From Monocercomonoides exilis PA203 (Eukaryota > Protista > Preaxostyla), in NCBI GenBank assembly GCA_001643675.2, contig LSRY02000047.1:682001-746000 (forward strand): a DNA stretch of 64,000 nucleotides. Reading direction: 5' to 3'. Positions 1 to 12,928 of this stretch are shown piece after piece (position 1 is the first letter of the stretch; each line of letters begins with the position of its first letter). The position numbers were made by a program, and so were the translations under genes. The notes under the pieces were generated by a model. That model searched no databases. It was not told where the DNA came from and worked only from the letters and a program-made list of their open reading frames with translations.

Positions 1-329
1 AAAATTGAAGGGAAATCATTCCCATTGCTATTGAAAAAATACCTATTGATTATTCAATTTGACGGATAACTCCGTTATAATCGAAAAAATCTACTATTTC
101 ATCTGAATGTATTGAAAAACTCCCAAAATATTATTTCATTCGTTTGCATGCACCCCAATACAATAGATCACTCTCCTTAAGAATAGAACCAATTTATTAC
201 TGTCGCTCTCAATGAAATGGCTTGTTTCATTTGAAATAGATTTTATCAAATACAAACATCATAATTATCAGGTTCCACACAACATCATAATTTTAATCTT
301 CACCAAATCACTAACGCAGCTTTGATCAA

Positions 330-935
330 AGAATTTGAATTGCAGTCAAAACATAGAAATAAAAATAAACGAGAAATTCCAATTCTTACAATTAAATTAT
401 TTGGCTTATATATATGTTGATTATCAGTTGCTTTTTTTTGTTTAATTACAAATGTGTTCTTTTCAAATTATTATCGAGCTTTTTTAGATTCATTGAAAGC
501 GTCAAATGAAGAAAAATTGAAAAAAATGAAGAACTGAATGAGTAGTTTCTTGCTGATCTTTGCGTATGCTATCTTTTGCTTTATAGCATATTTTCTTTAG
601 AATTGTTTCCATTTTGTATTCGCTGCTTTCTGAAAGCAACATCGTTCAAGGAGAAAAACGAAAAAGTTAAAAAGGAAAAAGAAATGACTTTGTTAACTTT
701 GAGTTACAAATGCAACTGTGTATGTAATCAACAACTCCATTATTGATATTTTTGAATTTCATTATCATTTTTTATTAGTTATTTGAAAAAGAAATTTGCC
801 TTTATGAAATCAAAGAGATTATCCAGAATCAACATGAACATCAGAATCTGACATGACTTGCCTTTCTGTCTATTTGGATGTTTTTATCAATAGGATTTAT
901 TAGTTATAAAGGTTTGGTAGAAAGGATTTCGAATT
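330..935 (+). pseudogene. Decayed copy of a lineage-specific helical multigene family (paralog of 52699-54182)
   Basis: Manual translation EE..KKNEELNE*FLADLCVCYLLL..CIRCFLKAT..KEKEMTLLTLS and KEICLYEIKEIIQNQHEHQNLT*LAFLSIW aligns to the two large exons of the gene at 52.9-54.2 kb; in-frame stops; 5' boundary approximate. Confidence 0.65.
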
Positions 936-1932
936 AACTACATTTCTCAAGAGAAGTCAAGAGAGAATTGGAAGAGAAAAGAAGAGCTGAAGGAGGAAGT
1001 GGAATGATGAAGGTGATGTGCAGATATTTCGATGAAATATTGTTGGATGTGTGAGTGTGGTCTGTGGATGCTGTGTCTTCGATTGCAAAGATGACGGAGC
1101 AAGAATGAAAAGTGTTGGTAGAAAAGGATGTTGACGAGGAGGAAGGGGCACAATAAAAGACAGCGCTTGCGTTTTCGGAATCGCTGAGGAATTGCTTCGG
1201 TCTGGAAGCAGAGGCGCAGGACTTGGCATCCGCCAATTCTTCTGAGCGGTCATCGGATGTACAGAGCAGAATACAGGGGAAGTGGTAGGGGCTGTTTGGG
1301 GCGGGGGGTGCTGTGTGGAGGAGAAGAGGGAAGAGCTGGGGAAGGGAGTGGAGAAGGGGGAAGGGAGGTGTCGGCTTGTGGATGTGAATGTGGTGAGAAA
1401 GAGGAAGAAGGGAGGAGGAGAATGGGTTGTGCCTGTGGTTGTGGTTGAGTGCGTGCATGTGTGTGGAGGGGAGGGTTGGCGGATGGTGCAACGGTGTGTG
1501 TATTGGGGGGAGTGCGGTTCATAGCAGCAGCTTTCGGGCAGCAGTGGGTGCTTTTGGGAGGCTGCGGAAAGGAGGGAGGAAGGAGCATGTCACATGGGAG
1601 GGATGGAGGTGCTGAGAATGGAAGGAGGCGGAGGAGAATACAGCGGTGCTAGGGTGTGTGCTGGAGCTGCAGAGCCAGCTGCGGAAGATGGGAAGCGCGT
1701 CTGCTACTGCGCGTGCCTTCCACTTAGGATGGCCAGAATGAGGATAAATGAACGTGGCATTGCTCATGCACAAGAAGAAGGGAATGCTAGAGCATGTTGA
1801 GAAACTTGCTTTCTGACTCTTGCATGCACACCTTCCTAAATACTTCTTCTCTGGAGTTCCACCAGCCAGTTGTTTTGTTCCAATCATTCGCTGAACGAAG
1901 AGATGGAAAAGTTGAAGTGTCGTTGAGTTCAA
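934..1932 (-). pseudogene. Degenerate Cys/Ser-rich (pectin-lyase/surface-protein-like) gene fragment
   Basis: GC-richer island with broken minus-strand ORFs containing FSTCSS and FSTNTFHSCS-type motifs; family assignment is tentative. Confidence 0.3.
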
Positions 1933-3050
1933 ATTACGCAGGGAATCACTCTGAGGTTGTCATTTTCAAGGAAAATAATTATAGATATTGTTTTCATTTT
2001 TCAAATATTTATTTTTTACTAATTCATGAAATAATTTAACAAAAAAGATAACCCAAAAAAAGATTTGTGATATGCACAGCTGTAAGTTTTCTGATTCGTT
2101 ATGTTTGCTTTTTGACATTTCTTCTTGTTGAAATGAGCAAGAAAGTTTTCACAAAATAATAAATAATTGTCAAAAAAGAAAAAATATGAAACACAAAAAA
2201 GAATATTTTCTATAATCTTCCGATCTCTTAAAGTTGTGGATGAAATTTTCAACCATGCAACTTTAAAGCTTTATTCGGTTTAAAGGTTTATTATTTTTTT
2301 GGATTGATTTGAGAAGAAGATAATTACAAAATAGGAAAAATCAGCATGCTATCAAAATATGAAACAGTTTGATAAGAAATAACAGTCTTTCAAAATGGCA
2401 ACGCAAAAAAATAAAGCCCCACGAAAAAAGTATTTAAGGAAGTGACGATAAATACAAAGAAAAAATTCATTTAAGACTATGAATATATCAAAACCTTCGT
2501 TGACAAAATTAAACCTGCAATTGAACGGGCTGATCCAAGAAACTTCTTTTTTATTGAACAATTTTTCTTTAAAATCAGTCATATTTTTAATCCAAACAAC
2601 GATTCATTCGAAAGAAGTTGTTAAGACCAACAGATGCAAAGATCAATGAATATTTACGATTAGTCTTCATCCTTCAGTTGTAACTGTTATTGAAATGCAC
2701 AAAAATTAAAAAAAAATTTGACATATTTAATAACTCAAACATTCCCTTATTTTTTTCTTTTTTCAAATGAGAATTCTTGATTTTGATCATAGCTGTTTTT
2801 TATCAAAAACATTCTATGCATGGAAAACTAATTCATCAGCTAGCTGTTTTATTTTTGAATTATTATTTATAATTTTCAAAATTGATTTTTCAAAAAAAAC
2901 TTAAAAAGTTATCAATTATTCTCTTGAAGTGAATGTGAGACAATCAAACATTATAAAATTGTTGATAATACTGCTTATATCATCTTAAAATTTGATTATC
3001 AGCTTTGTTATGAAACAAAAATCCATCATCGAAATTTTCATTTGAATTTT

Positions 3051-3073
3051 TATGATTTCAAAAATAATCACCC
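3051..3073. mobile_element. Right TIR of the GGGTGATT MITE family (left end degenerate, possibly near 2843)
   Basis: TATGATTTCAAAAATAATCACCC is identical to the right end of the element at 17214-17470. Confidence 0.6.
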
Positions 3074-4730
3074 ATCTTGTCACTCATTTTGTCATTTTTT
3101 CAATTTTCACTTGTCATGTCACAGAGGTCTAACTTTAATAACATGAAATCCTTAGATTTATTCAAGAACTTGAAAATTGGTTATTTTGTACAGTTATTTC
3201 CTTAATTGATCTTTGAAATTTGAATAAGTTCATCGTTCAGTTTCTTAATTCAAAAGTGGAATATGTATTTGAAATGAAATGAAAAAGAAATATTACTGCA
3301 GACAAAACGCATGTAAAATATAAAAAACTGAATGACGATTATTTGATGTGTCCATATAAATACCACTTTTAAGCAATTAACTGAATACTGAAGTGAAATA
3401 GAAACTAAAAATCGGAAAAACTTTAAATTTTATGAAATATTAAAATGATTGCAAACACAGAACGATGAAAAAATATATCTATTTGAAATAGTGTCAACAG
3501 TTAATAAATGAATGTCATATCGAAAAAACAACGTAAGTTGAAAAATGTTGTCAATCTCGCTATATATTTCATTTTTAAATTTGACTCAGAAAACACTAAT
3601 AATTGCAAATATTATCCAAAATTAACAATTAAAATATTATGCAATCTTGCTTTAATTAATGTCACAGAATATTCGACAGCAATATAAATGATTTAAAATA
3701 AGAAAAAACTATCAAACACTTGATATCCAAACAATTAAATGAACGAATAAATCGAAGAAATTTCGAGTCTCCATAATAATAAAAGGAAGTTTTCATTGAA
3801 AAACATAAGAAACAACTCTCACAAACTACTTTCAAAGTAACTGCTGAACTTTCGATTCATTTTTCTCATCTTAATGGGATCGATCAAATGATAAAAAGGT
3901 GGAAAATATCAGGGAATGCTTCAAATCATCAAAAACTGACGAAATCTTTGAAAGTCTATTAATGAACAACATTTAAGATTTTTCTAAAGTTTAACTTTTT
4001 GCTTTTTCAGTTTATAGCTTAAAAGCTCTCTTTCAAACAAAAATTTCTAAAATTCATCTTTTTGAAAGTTTTTTTATAAAAAAAATAAAATATAATATTT
4101 TTTTTAAACAAGTTTTAAGAAAATTCACCATCAATGAACTTCTTTGAAAAGCAAAAATATATTTTTCTATTTTCAAGAAATTTGCAGGGTGCGGGTTTGG
4201 CACCAGGGTGCTGGTTAAGCACCAATGGTATTATAAATGCATACCATCATCAAAGAAACTGATTCAAATGGAAAACAAAAATCAAAATTAAAATATGAAT
4301 CAACTAATTTTTTCTTTTGAACTTATTAATATTTTTTGTCATTTCTCATCAACATTTTGGATATCTTTTCTCAATGTTTTGCCAAAAACAAAAAATATTC
4401 TATTTGTATAATATCGAGTGCAATGTATTTCCTGATTCATCTCAGCCACTTTCTCTTCATCGAATCATCTCTAAGCATCATCAAGCGACAATTAGAGTTC
4501 TTCTCTTTAGAAAATAAAGAAGCTCGAAAATGAAACGAATATTCTACTACTCTCATCAAAAACTCTTCAGCACAACAAAATCTCAACCAAACAACAATCC
4601 ATTTTGTGAAGTGAAAACGCTCGCCAAGAAGAAGATCTCTTCCTCCCCTCCTCTCTGCGCATCAACAGAATACAATATGTGCCATCACAAATATAATTCC
4701 CTTCGGAATCTATCTACCACCCATGTCACT

Positions 4731-6527
4731 CTACTGCCCTCCTTCCTCAAGAAGAGCCTGCTTTCTCACCGGTGATATGGAGTGATCGCTCGGAGAATTG
4801 AAGCGAGACCGAGATTGAGAGCGAGAATAGGAAGAAGACCGTGAACCAGAACGTGACACAGAGCGAGAGCCGCTTTGAGAACGTGAACGTGAACGAGAAC
4901 GAGAGCGTGAGCGTGAGAGCGAACGAGAACGCGAACCTGTGCCGGAACTAGAGCCAGGAGCAGAAGTAGATGCAGAAGCAGAATCGGAAGTGGAAGTTGA
5001 ACCTAAAACTGGTTCTGATCCTGAACTTGAACCTGAACTTGAACTTGAACCCGACTGAGAAACAGACCGAGATCCCCAATGAGACCCAGAACGAGAGCGA
5101 GAGCGAGAACGCGAATGAGAAATAGAACGAGACGTAGAGCGAGAACGGCGCTGCGCAGAAGGCAGCGACCAACCACTTGTATCATCGGAATGCGCTGCCT
5201 GTGAGGCAACTTCTCCTTCCTTGTTAGATTCTCCAGCACCTTCGCTTTGCTGATACCATGGAACAGTCGAACCATCCTCGCCAGCCTTTGAGCTATTTCC
5301 TTCTCCCCACGACTGGCTTTCCCCTTCTTTACTGTCCCATCCATCAGCAACATCTGTTTTCGATACTTCATTAAATCCCCACTCATCGCCTTTCTGCGAT
5401 CCAACGTTTGTCGATGAAGAATTCGATGAAGACGTTGTGGAATATGACATCTTTTGCCTTGATTTGTCATATTTTTTGCCTGTATGTATCTTGAACTTCT
5501 CTTCTCTCCCAATGTCCCAGTCAACTCGAAGAAACCTCCCCGCCACTTCGTACCCTTGCAGCCTCCGCATTGCCTCTTCTGCATGTGCGTGTGTATCGCA
5601 GGTTACAAATGCAGTCCCTCGACTCATTTTTGTGTACGTGTTGATGTTCAGAACAAGTCGTGTGACATACCCTGGAATCACTGTGTCGAATAACTTCCGA
5701 AGCCCATCTTCAGTCATTGAAAATGGCAGATTCCCAATAAAAAGATAATTTGATGTTGAGATTTGCTCGTTCGAAAAATGAGAAGATTTTGGAGGAGGAG
5801 CCCTAAAAACTTGTCCAGATGATGATTCGAAAGCCTGGAGATCTCTCTCTGGAGTAATCGTCCAAGGGTCATATTTCGGCTTTTGGCCCAATGCTACATA
5901 TCCTCCTTTTTCTGGAACAGGAATTGGACGATATTGACTTGAAGAGACAGATCGATAACTCGAATGAAATTTACTCTCGTCTTCGTGACTTAAGGGAGGG
6001 TATGGCACAGGAAGATGGTGCGCAGAGTGGCTTTCTCCATATTGATAAGCAGTTGAGCTATCTCCGTGATTATAATGATGGGTACTATGATGATAACTAT
6101 AGCTTTTATGTGATCTGGATAATCTACTCCTATGTCTCTCCCGACTATGAGAATATGGAGATCTATATGAATGAGATTTTTGATGGTGATGCTTATGACG
6201 ATGTCTATTTGAGCTGGAGCGTTTGCTTCTGGATGAAGAGTGCTTTTTGTGTGAGTGTTTGTGGTGTGATCTCCGTTTTTGTTCATGCGAATTAACTGAT
6301 GAACGTGAGTGATCACTTCTATGCTTCTCATTATATTCTTTATCATCAACTGCGGGAGTGTGTTGTGATTGACGCTGCAAGGGATTCTGGAAAAATTGTC
6401 TCATCGCCATCAACTGAGATGGAAGAAAAGGTAAAGAAATTGGAGGATTTCCGGAACTTCCTTGTCCTTGTTGCACAGGATATTGCATTACAGATGGAAA
6501 AGGAGGAAAAAGTGGAGGCAAGCTCAT
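4731..6527 (-). CDS. RRM RNA-binding protein with His/Arg/Ser-rich N-terminus and RS-repeat C-terminus (SR-like; RRM resembles CBP20)
   Basis: 598-aa intronless ORF; RNP2 LFIGNL, RNP1 RGTAFVTC, RRM ending LRVDWDIG; long (RS)n tail. Confidence 0.85.
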   Translation of the reverse strand: MSLPPLFPPFPSVMQYPVQQGQGSSGNPPISLPFLPSQLMAMRQFFQNPLQRQSQHTPAVDDKEYNEKHRSDHSRSSVNSHEQKRRSHHKHSHKKHSSSRSKRSSSNRHRHKHHHQKSHSYRSPYSHSRERHRSRLSRSHKSYSYHHSTHHYNHGDSSTAYQYGESHSAHHLPVPYPPLSHEDESKFHSSYRSVSSSQYRPIPVPEKGGYVALGQKPKYDPWTITPERDLQAFESSSGQVFRAPPPKSSHFSNEQISTSNYLFIGNLPFSMTEDGLRKLFDTVIPGYVTRLVLNINTYTKMSRGTAFVTCDTHAHAEEAMRRLQGYEVAGRFLRVDWDIGREEKFKIHTGKKYDKSRQKMSYSTTSSSNSSSTNVGSQKGDEWGFNEVSKTDVADGWDSKEGESQSWGEGNSSKAGEDGSTVPWYQQSEGAGESNKEGEVASQAAHSDDTSGWSLPSAQRRSRSTSRSISHSRSRSRSRSGSHWGSRSVSQSGSSSSSGSSSGSEPVLGSTSTSDSASASTSAPGSSSGTGSRSRSLSRSRSRSRSRSRSQSGSRSVSRSGSRSSSYSRSQSRSRFNSPSDHSISPVRKQALLEEGGQ

Positions 6528-6678
6528 TCAATCCAATAAAAAAATAAAAAAGATATTTTGATCTGTTTATAAAAAATATTTTTGAGGATCAAAATGAAAA
6601 GTTTTTAGTTTTACAAAATTTTGAAAAAAGCAAAAAATTCTTTTAATCAAGAAGAAATTTTTTTTATATCATTATTAG

Positions 6679-7673
6679 TGATGAACAATATAAAAGATGG
6701 ATTTTTTTAAACGAAGTTGAGTTTGGAGAAGCATCACTGCCATCTCTGCGTGATTGCTTAACACCAGAAATTTTAGAAACGCTTTGGATGCTGCCATCTG
6801 ATGATGAAATGCGAGAAACTCTCGAATCAGACATTTTCAATTTTGGAGATTGGCTTTTCAGAGGCGATAACAGGACAGATTTATTAACCGACTTTTATTA
6901 AAAAGCAACAACGTTTGACCAAGATTTTTCTTATGATTGAAGATTGAAGCAAATTTATTTTCATTTTCAAGGGTTTGTAAGAATTCAGGCTTTTTTCCAT
7001 CGACAACATGAGCTTTTCTTCACATATTTTCTGATGTGGATATGCAATCGAGAGGTTTGTAAAGCCATTTTTTGAGCATTCAGAAATACAGCATGCAAAA
7101 CAAATAAAAATTACATTGAACAGCCCAGAAACTATCGATTGATGACAGCCTTTCCCGCTGAAAAACAATGTTGTTGTACCTTATGTTTTTCCTGTTAAAG
7201 TTCCTGATATTGTTGAAGATTCTCGACCTGTGTAGTGGTTGACTATTCAAACGCAGAAAGAGAACTCTTCTTCCTCAACACCGCTCCCCTTAACTCCTGG
7301 AAAAGATATATCTGCCTCAAAACCGACAACACCAGAACCAAAAAAGAGAACAGAAAAAGAAGAGAAGAGAGGGCAAACGCCTAAAGCTAAAAGGAAAGGA
7401 AAGAACGCAAAGAAGATAGAAGTTGAAGAAGAGCTTCTAAATCCTTCAGAATTGTCTGATTCGTTGCTAGAAGACTCTTCTGTTTATGCAAAGGCAATGG
7501 AAAGCGAATTTCAAATTTCAAGCGTTCACGAATCGTCTGCATTATCAAATGCGTCTGCATTACATGAGAAAGCTGTTCCAAAAGCACTTGTTGTGACGTT
7601 TTTATCGAATCAAGTTGAATTGTTTGAAACAATATGCATTTCATATAAAAGATACTTAATTGCATCGTGTTAA
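6679..7673 (+). pseudogene. Probable pseudogene, weakly CLAMP/CFAP119(CCDC189)-like
   Basis: Exon-like segments joined by GT-AG introns read ..LLTDFY*KAT.VCKNSGFFPSTT*AFLHIF..SIDDSLSR*KTMLL.. then a Lys/Glu-rich region; several stops and a frameshift. Confidence 0.4.
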
Positions 7674-8190
7674 AAATTGTTTTTGTCAAAAGTTGAAAAT
7701 AAAATTCAAGTTTTTTAACATGAAGTTGAATGACTCGAGAACGGAATAAACCATGTCTTTTCAAACATTTGAGTGAAAACAAAGATTTTCCAAATATTTA
7801 TCTTCATATGAAAGCATGGCTATAGAATTAATTTCAGTACTTCCATCAAAATCTTATTTGTATTTTATCGTTTTGATTGTTTCATCTTTTCAAAACACTT
7901 TTTTTCCACTTTTTTATCTTTTTCTTGCATATAAAAACTTTAACATCGATAATATAGTTTCAACTGCAATAATGTTTCAGCCGGTTCTGATAAAATCAAT
8001 GAATCGATTGAAAACTGGATTCAATAGTCTGATTTTTCACAAAGAGATGTGAATTTCTCCTCACCTTTGCCAATCCAAATTTTTCTTTGAAATTATCAAA
8101 AAAATACTTTTAACCTGCAAAATATTCACATACGTTTTGTTGAATAAACTAAAAGTCAAATTCAAAGTGCGAAGTGTCTTTTAAAAAAGC

Positions 8191-9294
8191 TCAGTGGGAT
8201 GTGGGAAAGAAGGATGGAACTTGATCTCCTTTGAAAAGCTCTCTAACCACTGGTTTTCCTGGTTGCAGAATGCAAAGTCGGATGCATCCTCCACTTGAGT
8301 TGTCTCGGAACATGGCCAGTGAGCAAGCTATAAATTATTATTTTTTTTTTTTGATAAATTTGCACCAAACCATGAATAAATTTAAAAAAAAGTTTTCTCC
8401 AAACCTTTCACAGCAAGATCTTTGCATTCTTCAAGCGACATCCCAGACTTGAAGTGCTTATCTAAAAAGGTCAGAACATATGTACTGCCACTCCCTGTAT
8501 TAAAGACACAAAAAGAATAAATAAATAAATTAATAAATAAAATCATCAGTAAAATGATGTGTCAGAATAAGAAATACCGCTTGCTGCATAATGCTCAGCT
8601 TCAATGAGGGCTCCTCCAAGAGGGATTGAATATATGTGTGCTTCGTCTCCGTCCAGTCCAGTGCAAAGAAAAGCGGCTGTTAAAAAATTCAGAATGAAAA
8701 ATTAAAAATGGTCAAAAAAACAAGAGTTGGAATCGAAAAGGCAGTAAATGTTAATATTTCGGAAAAAAGAAGTTCCAACCGCTTAGCACTTTTTTGTTTG
8801 TATAGCATAGATCTCTGAGCACACAAGCAGCAGTTTTCACAGAAGGGCGTCTGCCAAGCTCCATGCTGCAAAAGCAATTTGTTCATTCAGCCAAACACAC
8901 ATCGGAAAAATAACATCGTGCATCACAGAAAAATATCATAAATCACAATCTATAAAATCAAAAAAAACCTGTTGAATGTGAGAGAATAATTGGCATAAGC
9001 TGTCACAGTTTGTGTGTCGGCGGACGACCCCGATCGGCACACATATATGTCTTCAAACACTGGTGTGATTTTGTCTGACATTCTGTTCGCTATGAACGAT
9101 CCCAACGATGTGCGAGAATCTGCTGCGAGGAGAAGACCGCCAGCAAATTTCAAAGCCATGATTGTTGTCTGGCCAAAACATAAAAAAGGATTGAAAACAG
9201 GGGTGGAATTAATGGAGTGAATAAAACAAGCACATTCAACAAAGCATACTCCAGTCGACACAGGACCCTCATAATCGTTCCCTTCAAAATCCAT
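8191..9294 (-). CDS. PSMB6: 20S proteasome subunit beta1 (spliced, about 6 exons)
   Basis: MDFEGNDYEGPVSTG|TTIMALKFAGGLLLAADSRTS..DKIT..CRSGSSADTQ; GSGSTY; RDNSSGGCIRL; catalytic Thr1 after Gly. Confidence 0.95.
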
Positions 9295-9631
9295 TCTTTT
9301 TTTGATTAATATTACCTTAATTTTATTCATCTCATTTTTCTTTTTTAAGCTTTTTTCATTCCATCAAAATAATATCATGAATTTACTGTTGCTTTGCTTT
9401 TTATTTGGAGTTAAAGCTGAATTTGATAGAATTGATACGCATAGTTTGTTATATTTATGAAAACTTGATTTATCAAATTATAATAAAATTTTTAGGTTCT
9501 TATATTAATTCAATTCAACCATTCGAGCCGTTATTCCAAATAGTTAATTCGTCAATTCTTTTAAATGCATTGACGCTGAGAATGGTGGAGAACAATGCGA
9601 GTATTGTCTCAGGAACAGCTCCATTCTTTTT

Positions 9632-10569
9632 GTGGATTCTTCGAGATTATCGTTTCCTCATCCTACTATTGAGCCCATTGAAATATTCCATGGAAGCGTT
9701 TCCCTAAACAATCTCACTATTAGTCAAAGCAGCTACTTTCAACAACCAAGTCTTGTGAAAAGTTACAATCTTTTCACTTCAATGAGTTGTTCAAATACTT
9801 TTCTATCTCACGTTTCCTGTTCAAATCGCGGAAGCCTCTTTTTGAACGGGCTAATGGCAAACTTGATTTTATTCGAGACTCATATCTCAAAATTTTCAAG
9901 AAAAATTATTGAAGAAAACGACACTGATTTGTGTTTATCGATCTTCACAACAATGTTTTCTTGTTCATTTTCTCGAAGCGATGATGCAATTTACAGTGGA
10001 ATAACTCCAGGCATTTGCTCTTCTGCTTCTGCAAGTATCATCAACACAACAACTTCGCAATGCGATCGCACTTCGTCATTCAGCAATGGAAGGACTCATG
10101 TCACAATAAGTGAAAGGGCAACTCTTTTTGAAAACAGTGACTTTTTTGATTATGAAGCACATGGGAAAGGGACTGAAGGGATGGGCGGGGCTATTGTGCT
10201 TCTTGCGGGGATGAAATCGTCAGTGTCAGTGAAGGGATGCAGATTTGAAAGATGCCATACAGACGACAGCGGAGGATCTATTTGGCTGAAGGCATTCAAA
10301 TGGTATCGATTGGGTGCTGCACATTTTCTGATTGCAAATCCAAAGGCGGGATTGGAGGATCTGTGCTCCTTTGGAACTTGGTCGACAATCTTCCATTCAG
10401 AAGTGTGAGTTTAAATCATCTTTTGATAAAGGGAAAGGCGGAGCATTGGAGCTTGATTGTGATGAAGGCGGATAGCAAGTGGTTAGTGTTGTGTTTGACG
10501 AGTGCTGCAGCAAAGAAGAGAAAGGCGGAGGGGCAGTTTGAAACTTGCCTCATAAAAAGCTTTGTTTAG
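9632..10569 (+). pseudogene. Fragment of Cys-rich beta-helix (pectin-lyase-like) surface-protein family
   Basis: GMGGAIVL, FERCHTDDSGGSIWL, frameshifted CTFSDCKSKGGIGGSV repeats typical of GGAI-type beta-helix proteins; truncated and frameshifted. Confidence 0.55.
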
Positions 10570-11001
10570 ATAATCTTATCTGAGGTAATTTTTCAGTTAG
10601 TTTGAATTGAGTGGCATTGCTCATACTTATTTTCCAGAGTAAAAATAAGTATGAATGAAAAATGAATGAAGGAAAATATTGAAAGATACTATTTAACTTG
10701 CGAAATGAAATTTCACAAAAAGATGAACAAATGAATAAAAAAAGAAAAGAAAAGAAAAGAAAAGAAAAGAAAAAATAAACAAATATACAAAATAAAATAA
10801 AATAATAAAGATTAAATCAAAAACAAATGAATTTTGTTATAACCAAAAGATTGTTTTAAGAGTATTTAAAATGGTGCATTTAAATTATTATTTATGGAAA
10901 AAACGCATTTACGGTTTGAATAAAACGTAAAACTTCGAATCATTTTTGACGAAGTGGTTTCTCTATAGCTTGATTTTGAATAATCAAGTGTTCTTTCAGC
11001 A

Positions 11002-12928
11002 TTACACTTTGTCCATTGCAATGTCGCATCTGAATGCATTTGGCGGGATGTTCGAGCTGTTTGACGTCATCGACAAGGACATCGCATCCACACGTCCCCC
11101 GGGCCCACTCCCAACAGCCTGCAGCAGAAAGCACAATTGTGAATTGGATTACATTGATGAACAGAATTCAGGTTCCGATTCATCGTTTGAGGTGTTATGA
11201 TAACGACAAATGAATAAATGAATAAAAGAGAACATCAGAATAAAAATCAAATAGTAAAGAAAAATATTGATAAAATGCTGCAAACGTATAATTTGATCAC
11301 TTTTGGTATTACAGATATTTTGATTGGGATAAGCATGTTATTTCGGAAGAAGCACGCTGTTCTGTTTATCATGTTAAGCTCAATGCGTATAACATCGCCT
11401 GTCATAAATGGATCTACTCGCTCTTCTCTTCCACGTATTTGCAGAATACCACTGAGAGGCACAGACACATTCAGTCACGTTCAATCGAATTCAGACGCAT
11501 ACACATTATATGCACGGAATGTGATATAAAGTCCATCAACAAATCGACAAATAAAACAAAGAAAAATAAAAAAAAAACACTTTGTCACAAAAGCGCACTA
11601 ACAAAAAGAAATAAAACACACTTGCTTCTGTATTCAACAAATATTTTCTGATCATTGCCGGTTGCATATCCAGTGCCCATCACATCCATTACGAAGCCCA
11701 AACCAATAGCAGCTCCTGGTTTTGCATTCGTTTCACCGTTTTCAGACGAACATTCAAAGAAAATAGCAACAAGAAGAAATATTACCCATAATCACGTCAA
11801 TAAAAGGAAAACTGAAAAATAATACAAACCTGTTTGAGGCAGCATAACTTTCCATTCAACGATCACAACATCCTCCAAGCAGATGTAGTCCAGCAGAACT
11901 GTTGACTGTCTTGGGGTGTGGAAGAAAGCAGTCATATCGTTTATAAATATGTCAGAAGTCGACGAAGTTGGAGATTCCAGTCGTGCGCTCCTCAAAAGGT
12001 TAGATGCCCCACTCAAATTTGGTGCACACGAATAGGGTATTAAACCTGAAGCTGGTGGCATTCCCATGGGATACGAAGGCACCATTGATGATGAAGGTCC
12101 ACCGTACATTCCACCCACCGACCCTGGATATGCTGACACTACAGGTCCTCCGGCCACTGGAGGAGCACCAATAATATATCCCGTTGGTGTTGGCTGTGAC
12201 TGTTGGGTCTTCATATAGTCTTCCAGATATTGTCTCATTTGGTTATATGAATCTGCAAGCTCCTTTTGGGTGTTTTGAATCTGCTGTATTTCTTCCTTTA
12301 GTCCAGTGATTTGTGCAATAGTAAAATCTTTTAGCTCATTACACTTTCTGTCCGTGCTCTGTTATAATTTTAAATTTTAATATTCATGCAAAAACACAAA
12401 AAATAATAATTAAAGAAAAGAAACAATGAAGAAATAAAAGCATGCATCTTGAATTTCATATTTTGCCTTTTCTAACATTGCTGTAACTTCTTGTCTTGTG
12501 AAAGTTTGTTCAATTTGAGGAGGCTGTATAACTTGTGGACCAGATGGCTGCGCAGCCGGAGAATAAGATGATGGGGAAGAAGTTATCGATGGAGTAAATG
12601 TCATAGGTTGAGACGCCGAAGACATTGCAGGGGTTGTGGATATAGCTGCGGGGACAGGAGGAAGTACTGGTTTTGGAGGCTCCAGTTCCGACGCATGCTG
12701 CGGGTACCAATGAGCCTCAAAATACTCGATCACGCGCGTAGCAAAATCTGATGCATATTCAGGAGTGGTATTTAAAGCTATCTGAACATCCTGTTTCAGC
12801 AGTTCACTTTGCTTTGTCTTCACATATTTCTGGTAAAATGCCACTGGTGTATCAGCCAGCTGCGCTAATCTTTGCAAATTATCATCGCCCACATATTTAA
12901 ATTCCAAATCTGTTCCAGTCCACCACAT
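11002..12928 (-). CDS. Spliced protein: helical N-terminus, Pro-rich linker, coiled coil, C-terminal SPRY/B30.2-like domain
   Basis: GDVIRIELNMINRTACFFRNN is the SPRY signature; exons joined by GT/GC-AG introns; last exon AVGSGPGG..MDKV*. Confidence 0.7.

Noticed and set aside
1-330. Possible remnant of a pogo/DDE_1 transposase (also 2350-2700)
   Set aside because: Only vague motif echoes in heavily degraded sequence; cannot be supported without a profile search
6890-7240. In-frame stops suggesting a reassigned genetic code (TAR=Gln as in some oxymonads) or selenocysteine
   Set aside because: Conserved genes in the window end in TAA/TAG/TGA and have no internal stops; this locus mixes all three stop types plus a frameshift, so decay is more likely
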